A stretch of 64,000 nucleotides of DNA from Lama glama (Eukaryota), in assembly GCA_028534125.1 (NCBI GenBank), contig CM052817.1, positions 69,070,001-69,134,000 on the forward strand, written 5' to 3'. The notes under the pieces are model-generated. The model did no database searches. It was not told the origin of the DNA and saw nothing but the letters and a program-made list of their open reading frames with translations. The position numbers were made by a program, and so were the translations under genes. Shown here one piece after another: positions 11,281-22,554 of this stretch (position 1 is the stretch's first letter; every line of letters starts with the position of its first letter).

Positions 11281-13409
11281 AAAATATAAACTCAGTTTAT
11301 ATTTAAAACTCAATTTTCACATTAAGGCTCTGTTTCCAGATATAGGTGAGAAAAGTTCCTTTCATCATGATAGAGATTAATATCTAAAATTAACTGTACA
11401 TTTAAGGTATTCTGGAGGTTCTGCTCTGTGAATTTTAAAATAGTATTTAATTCATTTCCCTCTTATTCAAATCAAAATATTTCATTCTACAAATCCCCTT
11501 TCATAGAAAGTCTCAAAAAAATGTAGAAAACATTGTATGTATATATAAAGTATGCTTTAATTTCATCTCAATCATAGTAAGTGTTTTAAGTGTGCTACTC
11601 AGGGAGCTACTACTGAAACTTAGAATATATATTTGATCTACTCACAGGTATACAAGCTATACTCTATTAAAATGTGAGTTTCATTTTTTTGGAAAGCAAA
11701 ATAGAAGAAAATTGAGAGCCCTCTGGTGGGCAGTACTTTTAGTTCCAAATATCATATATAGTATTTTCCTGATAGAATTTTCTAAAGATTAAAGAAGCAT
11801 TATATTTATAAGCAGATCAGCAACAAAAAGTAGGATGAATTTTAAAAGTTATTTCAATTCCTAAAGTATAATTTAAGTACATTAGTTTTCCACAGAAAAT
11901 GTCTGATTCTAACTAAATCTTCTACTAAAATAAAATCAATTAAAATCCATAGGAAAACTCACAAAAAGCAAGAATAAAAAATTCATTTTCTTATCCTCTC
12001 ACATTGAGTTTAAAATAGATTCATCAAATTAAAATAGAAAGAATATGAAACTAGGAGTTTTCAAGTACAAATTATTCAATGGACAGATACATTTTTTCCA
12101 TTTTTTCCTAATTAAAGTGAAATTCTCAAATTATTAAATTAAGCGTTTTGAAGTGAACTATTAAGTGACATTTAGTACATTCACAATGCTATGTGCTACC
12201 ACCCCTTTCTACTTCCAAAATATTTTTACCCAGAAATAAAGGCCCATGCCCATTAAGCAATTACTCCTCCATCCTTCCTTCCTCAGTCCCTGGCAATCTC
12301 CAGTCTACTTTTTGTCTCTGTGGACTTACCTATTCTGATATTTTATGTAAATGAAATCATACAACAAGTAGCCTTTTGTGTCTGGCTTCTTAACTTGGCA
12401 TAATACTTTTGAGACTCATTTACATTGTAGCATGCATCATCATTTCATTCCTTTTATGGCTGAAAAATGTTCCATTTTACATGTATATCAATTTTTTACC
12501 CTTGCATCTACTGATGGACATTTGGATTGTTTCTACCTCTGGACTATTGAGAATAGTGCTGATATGATCATTTGTGTATGAGTATCTGTTTTGAGTACCT
12601 GTTTTTTCAGTTCTCTGGGGCATGTACATAGAAGGCGAATTGCTGGGTAATTTCTGTGTTAAGTTTTTGAGGAACCACCAAACTTTTCCACAGTAGCTGC
12701 ACCAAGGAATGTATGAAGGTTCCAGTTTTCCCACATTCTGACTAGTTTTTGTTATTATCTGTCTTCTTGACCGTAGACATTATGGTGGGTGTTAAGTGAT
12801 GTATCTTTGTGGTTTTGATTTACATTTCCTAATGTATAGTAATATTGAGCATCTTTTCATGTACTTATTTACCATTTGTATATCTTCTTTGGAAAAATGT
12901 TTATTTGAGTACTTTGGTTGGTGGGTGGCCTTTTGTTGTTGAGTTGTAAAAGTGTTTATATATTTTAGGTACCTATATATGATTTGCCAGTATTTCCTCT
13001 CATTCTATAGGTTATCTTTTTACTTTTGTGATCATGTATTTTGGTGTACAAAAGTTTTTAATTTTGATAAAGTCCAAATAATCTGTGTTTTCTTTTGTTT
13101 GCTCATGCCATTGGTGTCATATCTATGAATCCATTGCCGAACTAGAGGTCATGAAAATATACCTCATGCTTTCTTCTGAGTTTTATTGTTTTAGCTCTTT
13201 TTTTTTTAACATTTTTATTGAGTTATAGTGGTTTTACAATGTTGTGTCAATTTCCAGTGCAGAGCACAGTTTTTCAGCTATACATGAACATACATATATT
13301 CATTGTCGTGTTTTAATTTTGCTACCACAAGATCTTGTATATATTTCCCTGTGCTATATAGTATAATCTTGTTTATCTATTCTGCATATGCCTGTCAGTA
13401 TCTACAGTT

Positions 13410-13582
13410 TTCTTTTTTTTACTTTCTTTATTGAGTAACAGTCAGTTTACAATGTTGTGTCAAATTGTAGTGTAGAGCACAATTTTTCAGTTATACATAT
13501 ATATACATGTATACATATATATAAGATCTTGTATATAGTTCCGTGTGCTATACAGTATAATCTTGTTTATCTATTCTGCATT
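13410..13582 (-). mobile_element. Second short L1 3' terminus within the 3'UTR of the young L1
   Basis: New poly-T followed by 'tttattgagtaacagtcagtttacaatgttgtgtc', repeating the 13200-13390 terminal sequence with divergence. Confidence 0.7.
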
Positions 13583-14121
13583 TTAAAATTCTAGTCTGTC
13601 CCTTCCCACCCCCCTGCCCCCTTGGCAACCACCAATCTGTATTCTATGTCTATGAGTCTGTTTCTGTTTTGTATTTATGTTGTTTTGGGTTTTTTTTTTT
13701 TGATTCCTCATATGAGTGATCTCATATGGTATTTTTCTTTCTCTTTCTGGCTTACTTCACTCAGAATGACATTCTTCAGGAACATCCATGTTGCTGCAAA
13801 TGGCGTTATGTTGTCAGTTTTTGTGGCTGAATAGTATTCCATCGTATAAATATACCACCTCTTCTTTTCTTTATTCAGTCATCTGTTAATGGACATCTAG
13901 GCTGCTTCCATGTCTTGGCTATTGTAAATAGTGCTGCTATGAACATTGGGGTGCAGGTGTCATTTTGAAGCAGAGTTCCTTCTGGATATATGCCCAGGAG
14001 TAAGATTCTTGGGTCACATGGTAAGTCTATTCCTAGTCTTCTGAGGAATCTCCATACTATTTTCCACAGTGGCTTTCCTTGCTTCCCTCTCCCACTCTTA
14101 ATGATTTAGATGTCTTTTTTT

Positions 14122-14621
14122 NNNNNNNNNNNNNNNNNNNNNNNNNNNNNNNNNNNNNNNNNNNNNNNNNNNNNNNNNNNNNNNNNNNNNNNNNNNNNNN
14201 NNNNNNNNNNNNNNNNNNNNNNNNNNNNNNNNNNNNNNNNNNNNNNNNNNNNNNNNNNNNNNNNNNNNNNNNNNNNNNNNNNNNNNNNNNNNNNNNNNNN
14301 NNNNNNNNNNNNNNNNNNNNNNNNNNNNNNNNNNNNNNNNNNNNNNNNNNNNNNNNNNNNNNNNNNNNNNNNNNNNNNNNNNNNNNNNNNNNNNNNNNNN
14401 NNNNNNNNNNNNNNNNNNNNNNNNNNNNNNNNNNNNNNNNNNNNNNNNNNNNNNNNNNNNNNNNNNNNNNNNNNNNNNNNNNNNNNNNNNNNNNNNNNNN
14501 NNNNNNNNNNNNNNNNNNNNNNNNNNNNNNNNNNNNNNNNNNNNNNNNNNNNNNNNNNNNNNNNNNNNNNNNNNNNNNNNNNNNNNNNNNNNNNNNNNNN
14601 NNNNNNNNNNNNNNNNNNNNN
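14122..14621. other. Assembly gap (500 N)
   Basis: Run of n characters. The round length suggests a placeholder size. Confidence 1.
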
Positions 14622-14931
14622 TCTTCTAGGTCATTTATTCGCTCCTCTGGATTATCTAGCCTGCTTTGTACAGCCTTTAGGTCAGCTCTCATCTCAGCAA
14701 ATGAGTTTACTAATTCTATTTGGTTCTTCTTTATAGCTTCTATTTCATTTTTTTGACACATTTTATATCTCTAAACACTATTTCTTTTAGTTCCTTCAGT
14801 ACTTTGATCTCTCCTTTTTTGAAATCTTGATCTAGTAGGCCATCAATGTCTATTTCCTTGATTGTGCTTTCAGGGGATTTCTCTTGATCTTTTAATTGGG
14901 AGTGGTTCCTCTGCTTCTTCATATTGCTCAT
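14622..14931 (-). pseudogene. L1 ORF1p N-terminus/coiled coil, frameshifted, running into the gap
   Basis: MSNMKKQRNHSQLKDQEKSPE...KELKEIVFRDIK, then a frame change near the T-run at about 14748-14754 to KNEIEAIKKNQIELVNSFAEMRADLKAVQSRLDNPEERINDLE. Confidence 0.9.
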
Positions 14932-16265
14932 ATCTCTCTGGCACTGTGGCTTAAGGAGTATCAGTTATCTAGTTCTCCTGGAGACTGTGCTCTTAATGAT
15001 CGAGAGGTCTTTGTGTCTTCGCCCTGTTTTGTGAACTCAGCTTGCTGTTTCCAGAGGCCCTCTGTTGGCGCCCTTGTCTGTGCAACTCCTAGTGGCTGTC
15101 AGCTAGCAGATCGTGCCCTCTCCCAACATTGGGTCAGGTGCTGAGCTCTTACCAGGTGGGCGGGCAGGTCACTCCCCCTCCCGATGCCACAGTCAGACAC
15201 TGAGCTCGGGCGAGGCAGGTGGGCGGATCGTGCCCCCTCCCAGCACTGTGGTCAGGTGCTGCATTCCTACCAGGAAGGCAGTTGGCAGCCTACCCTCTCC
15301 CAGCGCCAGTCACTCCACTGCTCTGTGCAGCTGCCCACTCCGCCTGAGGTCAGTGCTCCGAAGGCGGGTTCGGGGAAGACCGCAGAATGGCCATGCCCCT
15401 GCTCCATGCCAAATCTCAGCTCCTTGTTTGTCTTGGCGGCATGAGTTCTCGGAGGTGCCAGAGCAGAAAGATCCTGTCTGCCTTGGGCTGTAAATAAGTC
15501 TCAGTCCTGCCTTGGAGGTTGCAGAGCCCCCCCCTACCCCCGCCATGTGAATTCAGGTCTCAGCCCTGCCCCCTCTCGGGCGTATACACATGAGGAGATG
15601 GCGGCTGTGGCTGAGTCCCACCTCTCTTCTCAGGAGAAGCGCTAGTAATGGTGGCACAGGTCTGAGGAGACAAAGGCTATGGTGCTCCTCCCCCCAGGGC
15701 ACACCAGCTATGTTGCTTTGCTTTTTTTGCAGTTTATGGGGGACCGACGTTGTTCTGCTCCATATCCCCTTCCAGCATGCAGCCCCCTGCAGTCCCCCAG
15801 GGCTGCCTCAGTACAGCCGCCCCTGTCTTCTGCCTGGCTCAGGTGGCCTGTCCCAGCCCCAGCAGCCAGCTCACATCTAGGGCTGGATATTGTGGGGACC
15901 CTCTGTGCCCATTTAACTCAGTTCTGTCGGTCAAGGGGTGCTCGGGGCATATCTGAGCCTTGGAGGCTCCCCTCCGTCCTGCTGGCCACTCCGTTGGAGA
16001 GGGGAGACCCAGCAAACGAGTGCCAGTATTCCTTTGCCACTCCCTCCTCGTAGGACCGACCCCACACTGTTTTGCTTTTTCTTCTTTCTTTTTTCCTTTT
16101 CTCCTACCAGATTTTTGGCATCTTTGTCTTTCGAAGAGGGCAGTGTTCTGTCGGAGTTCAGCAGGTGCTCTGGTTGGCTAAGTAGGTCCATAGATGTGAG
16201 TTTTGGTGTATTTGTGGGAGAGGGTGAGCTACAAGTGTCCTTCTACTGTGCCATCTTGCTTCTCC
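14932..16265 (-). promoter_or_regulatory. L1 5'UTR internal promoter (GC/CpG-rich) with YY1-like motif near the 5' end
   Basis: Longest GC-rich block in the window. 'gccatcttg' at about 16250-16259 reads CAAGATGGC on the minus strand. Confidence 0.75.
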
Positions 16266-18159
16266 TTGTTTTAGCTCTTATAGTTAGTCTTTGATTCATC
16301 TTGAGTTAATTTTTATATATGTTGTTAGGTAGAGATCCAACTTCATTTTTCTACATGTGGCTATGCAGTTGTCCCAGCACAATTTGTTGAATAGACTGTT
16401 CTCTGCCAATGAATGGTCTTGGCATTCTTGTCAAAAGCAATTGGGCAAAGATACACAGGCTTATTTTGGACTCTCAGTTGTCCAAAATTCCATTGTCTGT
16501 ATGTCTATCCTTATACCAGTCCCACACTGTTTTGATTACTGTAGCCTTGTAGTAAGTATTGAAATTGGGAAGTGTGAACACTCTGACTAAATTATTTTTC
16601 TAAATTATTTGCCAGTCCATTGCCCTCTAGGTTCCACATAAATCTGAGAAACTGCTTTCTCCATTTGATAAAGCCATTAGAATTTAGGTAGAATTTGTAG
16701 ATCACTTTAGGTAATATTGCCATCTTAGTAATATAAATTCTTACAATCTAAGAGCATGGGATGTCTTTTCATTTATTGAGGCCTTCCTTAATTTATTCAT
16801 AATTTTAGCAGTGTTTTATAGCTTTCAATGAACAACTCTTTCACCTCCTTGATTAAATGTTTTACTAGCTATTTTATTCTTTTGGATGCTATTGTAAATG
16901 AAATCGTTTTTCTAATTTCATTTTTGGGTTATTCCTGCTTATGTGTAGAAATGCAGTTGATTTTGGTGTGTTACTCATGTATCCTGCAACTAAACCCTGC
17001 TGAATTTGTTTATTAGCTCTGTTGGCTTCTTTTGTACATTATTTAGTTAGTCCATGTTTTTAAATCTTTGGGGAAAAGTAGTATATATAATTTCAGAGAT
17101 TTAATATTAATTTTACTATCCTATAAAGCAATATATTTCAAATAATCCTTCATTACTGTTATAATCAGAAAAAAAATGCTTGTTTAATTGTCATAATTTA
17201 ATTGTGTTTCATTTAATGTTATGATTCTTAGTAACCAGCAAAGAACCATGTACATAATAATTTTGTAATTATTTCTTAATCCAGGCTGTATTTACACAGG
17301 CTGAATACTCCTAGTTTTAATCATTTTATGAAGTTTAATTTAAGAATTAGTTAGACTGTATCTTCTCTCAAACTATACGGATGCCTGTTCTTGTATATGC
17401 AAGCCTGACAGGTGGGGAGAATCTGCACACAAAATTTAAAAGGAAACCAGTCTGTAAATCCTGTATGCTATAATGAAGTTACAATCATAAAAATGGAAAA
17501 ATGATGCCTAAGCACAAGACAACAGGGGTGATAACCTGCATTTTAGAGCTTAAGTCTATAGATAGGGAGACAAAGAGGAAGAAAGAGGTGAACAGTCTCT
17601 GTGGAGTGTTCCTGCGGATGAGGCGAGGGAGGGTAACTTTGAGAAGAGGGAGTAGATATGACTAAGACACTGTTGGATACAAGCGTAAAGAACAGCAAGG
17701 GCAAGAAAGCACAATTTATCTGCTTCTCACCATGCCGCCATACACGCCATAGAAAATCAGTGGATATTGAACCATGAATCAACAGTAAAACCAAGTCAGT
17801 TAAAGTGATCTTTCAGCCAGTTGGTTCTAAATTATCTATGTATCCTGATGTCTAATTGTTTTTCAGGAACCCCCAACAACTTAATTTCAGTTGTGTGTTT
17901 ATTATAGATGGGGGAGTTCTAGAATGTCCTCTGATATTTTTCACTAAAACCAAATTGTGTCCCATAATGGGTATGGTGATTGAATTCACTAATTTCAAAG
18001 TAGAGTTGCAAAGAGAGCAGAACCCTCACTGGTAACGTGTAGGAGAAATAGGCCAGATCTAGAAGAAAGCCATGCCCTTTCCCATATCTATCTCTTTTAG
18101 GTAGAAGAATAGTTGTTTGAAGGAACCCAATTCCTGAGACATAGTCCCTGTATCGAAGC

Positions 18160-18705
18160 CTTTTTCAAGATTGTTCTGGCTGTTTGGGGTCTTTAGTGCT
18201 TCTGTATGAATTTTAGAATTATTTTTTCTGTTTCTATAAAAATGCCATTGGAATTTTGATAGGGATTGCATTGAATCTGTAGATCACTTTGAGTAGTATG
18301 GACAGTCTAACAATATTGTCTTCCAGTCCATGAATGTGGGATTTTTTTATATTTGTGTCTTCTTCAATTTCTTTCAGCACTATTTTATAGTTTTCAGTGT
18401 ACAAGTACTTTACTTGCTTAATTAAGTTTATTTCTAAATATTTTATTCTTTTTGATCCTATTGTAAATTATACTGTTTTCCAAATTTCCTTTTCACATAG
18501 TTTATTTGTGCAGTTGATTTTTGTATATTGATTTTTTATCTTGCACCTTCATTGATTTTTGTTTAGTGGTTAAAACCATTTTTGTGGATCATTAGGGTTT
18601 TCTATATATAAGATCGTGTAATTTGTAAATAGGGATAGTTTTACTTCTTTCTTTCCAATTTTGAATGCCTTTTATTTCTTTTTCTTGCCTAATTGCTCTG
18701 GCTAG
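18160..18705 (-). mobile_element. L1M ORF2 fragment
   Basis: 'ccattggaattttgatagggattgcattgaatctgtagatc'; ORF 18059-18271 is an off-frame L1 read. Confidence 0.85.
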
Positions 18706-19558
18706 TGACAGCCACATCTTAAGAAACATAGCAAGTAAGACAGCTAAGCCTATGTTCACCATTATAAAGATGAAATTAAAAACGTATTTACTCTTTTATT
18801 TATAACAAACTTACTCTCAGAAATAGTACAAACATTATTAGGTAGTCTAGCTTCTAAAGAATAATTCGAGGTGAGTGAATTTTATGATTTGAGCCTGTTG
18901 ATGAATAGTTTATTGTAATGTTCAAGCTAGCCGACTTCTGCAAATACCTGCAATTTAAACAGTTTTTGTGTAAGTCTGTGACATTTTCTTTGGATGAAAG
19001 ACAGCACAGTTCTTTAACTTAAAAAATCAGAGTATTAAAGCATTTCAGTTACAATCAGTCAAGATATTAATTCAGAAAGATTTTCCTTAATATCACATAT
19101 CCCATGGCAAATGCTATGTCCATTTTCTTAGTAATCTCCTCTTATTACTACTCTATCTCCAGTATCAGTTTTTGACCTTTCCAGATATAAGTAATTGGAT
19201 TTTCAGCAGCATAGGAGAAACATCATAATGTCACAGAGTGTAATATCAAACTTCTGCTATACCTATCATTGAATCCTGGGAAATGTGAGTTATCTCCTGA
19301 CAAAATGATACTCTTAAAAAAATGTGGCTGCATTTTTTTCAGTTATGTTCTGAATAGAATAGATCATAGTTTCTGGAATTTCAGTTTCCTGGATATCTAT
19401 GTTAAAGAGATTAAAGAGTATTTCTGGAAAAGCAAATCTCTCATTGGCCTCATGACTTATTTGTTTCCCAAGTTTGTATTTCTTTTTTCCTTAGGATCAA
19501 ATCTCCTCTATCACTGTCTCAGAAATTAGTAAAATATTACTTCTTTCCAGATGTCTTT

Positions 19559-19923
19559 TGTTATGGAGCGAATTATGTCCTAAATATCATAGGCTGAAGC
19601 CTAATCCTTAGTATGATTTTATGATCTTTAAGAAGATAATTAAGGTTACATGAAGTCATAAGGGTGGGACCCTAATCCAATAGGACTGATATCCTCATGA
19701 AAAGAGGAAGAGATATCTACACAGGCATAGAGAACAGTCCATATGAGGAAACAACAAGAAGGGGGCTGTCTGCAAGCCGGGAAGAAAAGTCTCACCAGAA
19801 ACCAACCCTGCAGATACCTTGATCTTAGACTTTCAGGCTCCAGAATTTAAGAAAATAGATTTCTACTGTTTAAGCCATCTAGTTTCTAGTATTCTTCTAT
19901 GGCAGACCTAGCAGACTAAGACA
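19559..19923 (+). mobile_element. MaLR LTR (MLT1B-like)
   Basis: Runs tgttatgg...gactaagaca; contains 'taaggttacatgaagtcataagggtgggaccctaatccaataggactg'. Confidence 0.85.
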
Positions 19924-19929
19924 GATTCT

Positions 19930-20250
19930 GAGAGAGATTGAGAAGGACATTTATTATAAGGAATTGGCTCATGTGATTATGGAGCCTGGAGAATCTAAAA
20001 TCTTCACTGTGGAAGGGCAGGCTGGAGACCCAGGAGAGCAAGTGGTGCAGATTTAGTCTGAAGGCAGCCTGATGAAAAATTTCCTCTTGCTCAGGGAGGC
20101 CAGTCTTTTTCTTCTATTTAGGCCTTCAACTGGTAGGATGATACCCACCTACATTATTGAAGGCAATCTGCTTACTTATAGTTCACTGATTTGAATATTA
20201 ATATCATCAACAATACACTCCAAGTTGACACATAAAATTAATCATTAACA
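19930..20250 (-). mobile_element. ERVL LTR (MLT2-type), partial
   Basis: 'tttattataaggaattggctcatgtgattatggag' and end 'caagttgacacataaaattaatcattaaca'. Confidence 0.85.
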
Positions 20251-20530
20251 CCTTGTATAGGTATTTTTCAAATTATGCTTAAACAATATAGTCTAAAATT
20301 ACTGCATTGCTTTCTCCTTCTGATTTTACAATATCTCCTTTTAATTTTGAAATGTTACTTCTATAAAAATCCTAGGACATACTATATGCATCTTTCACTT
20401 GGTTAATCATGTGTTTCATCATAATATGTAGTTGCCTGAGGGAAATGATCTTTCAGTGATTGGTTAAGAGTTTTCCTCCTACATTTATTTGAATAGTTTT
20501 AGTTTTTGCCTTTTATAAAAATGAACAACA

Positions 20531-20610
20531 TGGAGGGAGGTAGCTCAGTGGTAGAGCATGTGCTTAGTATGCGCAAGGTCCTGGATTCAATCCTCAGTAC
20601 CTTCATTCAA
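20531..20610 (+). mobile_element. tRNA-Ala-derived SINE (camelid vic-1 type)
   Basis: A box 'tagctcagtggt', B box 'ggattcaatcc', A tail; 14-bp TSD aaaaatgaacaaca (20517-20530) / aaaaatgaatgata (20611-20624). Confidence 0.85.
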
Positions 20611-20666
20611 AAAAATGAATGATACCTATAAAAGAACATTCATTGAATAAAAATACAGCATAATTC

Positions 20667-20904
20667 GATTAAAACAAACAACAGCCATTATAACTTCTGG
20701 TTCCTTAAAGAGACATGGAAAGAAAATAGCTAATAAACTTCTGAAAATCTTGATGATAAAATATTTTATGATGTCCCCACAGGCTTTCCTTTCTAGCTGA
20801 GGTTTTTTTCAGTACTGTTCATTTTTTATGTGTTTTTAGTGGTTTGTTTTTTTTTTTAGTTATAGAACTTAGAATTTAATAAATACTTCAGATTATTAAA
20901 GGAA
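20667..20904 (+). pseudogene. Short retroposed polyadenylated fragment (processed 3'UTR piece or orphan transduction), parent unknown
   Basis: Perfect 18-bp direct repeat aaaaatacagcataattc at 20649-20666 and 20905-20922; AATAAA at 20878-20883, about 15 nt before an A-rich tail. Confidence 0.7.
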
Positions 20905-21567
20905 AAAAATACAGCATAATTCAAATGTTATGTCAGAAAGACCTACATGCAAGGAGAGCCCCAGCATTTAACCTCAGTACTATTTGGAATTGAAACTTTT
21001 CAAATAGGATTTCATTCATTGTCAAATGATACAGAGTTCAAATATAGTTCAGTGATAATGATATCAGTATCAAAAAAAATCAATTCTGATACATAACTTG
21101 ATAACATTTATTTTTGAAAATGATCATTCACATTTACCAAAAAGCCCTTCTGACAAGGAGGAATGTAAGAGTCAAGATTGATGTTTTATTTCATCCATCT
21201 GGTTAGCCATAACAATATCAATATGTGATGTTTTTTTTAAACCTGAACTGACAGTTATGAATAATCAAGCTATTTCATATCTGTAATAGATTTTAGTATC
21301 ATGGGATCTGTCATCCTGAACTTAGGTCATTTACAGCCTTAGTTGCTTTTTATCTATTTTATTCTTGCTGTATCTGTGTGCCAATAGCCATGCCTACAAG
21401 TTTTTTTTCTGAGAGAGAGCATCTCTTTCTTAATTACCTTTAACTTATGATTATCAGTCTTACCTTGGAGAACCATTCTCTTATTTTCTTTACCGTCTGC
21501 CATTTTGTCCAACTGAAAGGATTTATTCAGTGCCACTTAGTAATTCAAAGATTTTTAATAAAAAGTC

Positions 21568-21816
21568 TGTCTTAGCTCAGAATACTACAGTGAAATATTA
21601 CAAACTTGGTTTATCAACAACAGAAATTTATCTCTCACAGTTATGAAAGCTGAAAGTTTGAGATAAGGGTGCCAGCCTGATAGGGTTTCTGCTAAGAGCA
21701 CTCTTTGAAGTTTGCAGATGGCTGAATTCTCACTGTATCTTCTCATGGTAGAAAAAGAATTAGATATCTCTTTAGTCTCTTCTTATAAAGACACTAATCT
21801 CACTCAAGAGGGCTCC

Positions 21817-21854
<38 letters not shown>

Positions 21855-22084
21855 CATGTATAACTGAAAAATTGTGCTCTACACTGGAATTTGATACGAC
21901 ATTGTAAAATGATTATAAATCGATAAAAAAAAGTTAAAAAAAAAAAAAGAAAAGAGGGCTCCATCCACTTCATGAACTAATTACCTCCCAAAGGCCCACC
22001 TCCAAATATTATCTGATTGGAGAGTAGATTTCAACATGTTAATTTGTGTGTGGGGAGGTGGACAAAAGCTTTCTGTTCATTACA
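21568..22084 (-). mobile_element. MaLR solo LTR (MLT1A/B-like), split by a short L1
   Basis: Starts 'tgtcttagctcag'; contains 'caacaacagaaatttatctctcacagtt' and 'taattacctcccaaaggcccacctccaaat'. Confidence 0.85.
21822..21951 (+). mobile_element. Very short, young 5'-truncated L1 3' end with (TA)n head
   Basis: Perfect 16-bp TSD aagagggctccatcca at 21806-21821 and 21952-21967; poly(A) tail; body is the reverse complement of the L1 terminus at about 13200-13290. Confidence 0.9.
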
Positions 22085-22554
22085 AAAGTGAACACAACTC
22101 TTGGTATGGCTTCTGACCGCAGTATAAGTTTTAACTGACTTTTATTGCTTAAGGCCTCCTCAGTTTTTCTCAATTTATCGCAAATGAGAAACACCTGTGT
22201 TTTTTATCTTGGAAAATGTTGGAATATTTGGAGTACTTGGTTTTCTTTTATTCCTGAAAACTGGCCAGTTCATTTCTTAGCTCATCTCTTTCTTGTATCA
22301 CCTTGTTTGTGTGCAACCATGGCACAGTAATAGTATTGCTTCCTAATCTCTTTTATCTAAAACCACAAACTAAATAGTACATTATGTGCCTTCCCAAGTT
22401 GTCATAATTTTATTACCTAATGTTTTGTACAGAATAATATGGGTTGTCATCTTCCCAGACACCTATAGAAATGTCCTTGGTACTTGTTGCCCAGCACCAG
22501 AGTCAATGACATATAGGATTTTTTCATTGAAACCCCATTTCTGGCACCAGTTTC

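Larger units (their letters stand above)
13200..16265 (-). mobile_element. Young L1 with both termini (5'UTR, ORF1, ORF2 tail, 3'UTR) but lacking most of ORF2; contains a 500-N gap
   Basis: Perfect 14-bp TSD ttgttttagctctt at 13186-13199 and 16266-16279; poly-T at 13200; 5' end reads GGAGAAGCAAGATGGC; ORF1 N-terminus present; ORF2 C-terminal peptide PLWKIVWRFLRRLGIDLPCDP starts at 14072. Confidence 0.9.
12095..17030 (-). mobile_element. Older L1 (L1MB-like) 3' portion, split into 12095-13199 and 16266-17030 by a younger L1
   Basis: Antisense L1 3'UTR and ORF2-end motifs. The sequence reads continuously across the TSD ttgttttagctctt. Confidence 0.85.

Noticed and set aside
14057..14761. Three longest ORFs in the track (208-234 aa)
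   Set aside because: They are artefacts of reading through the 500-N gap. Only the L1 ORF1 portion is meaningful.
14896..16294. Cluster of overlapping ORFs in a CpG-island-like block
   Set aside because: It lies in the L1 5'UTR bounded by the TSD. High GC suppresses stop codons, so this is not evidence of a host gene or host promoter.
20531..20605. tRNA gene
   Set aside because: Degenerate anticodon arm and stems, an A tail and a TSD show it is a SINE copy.
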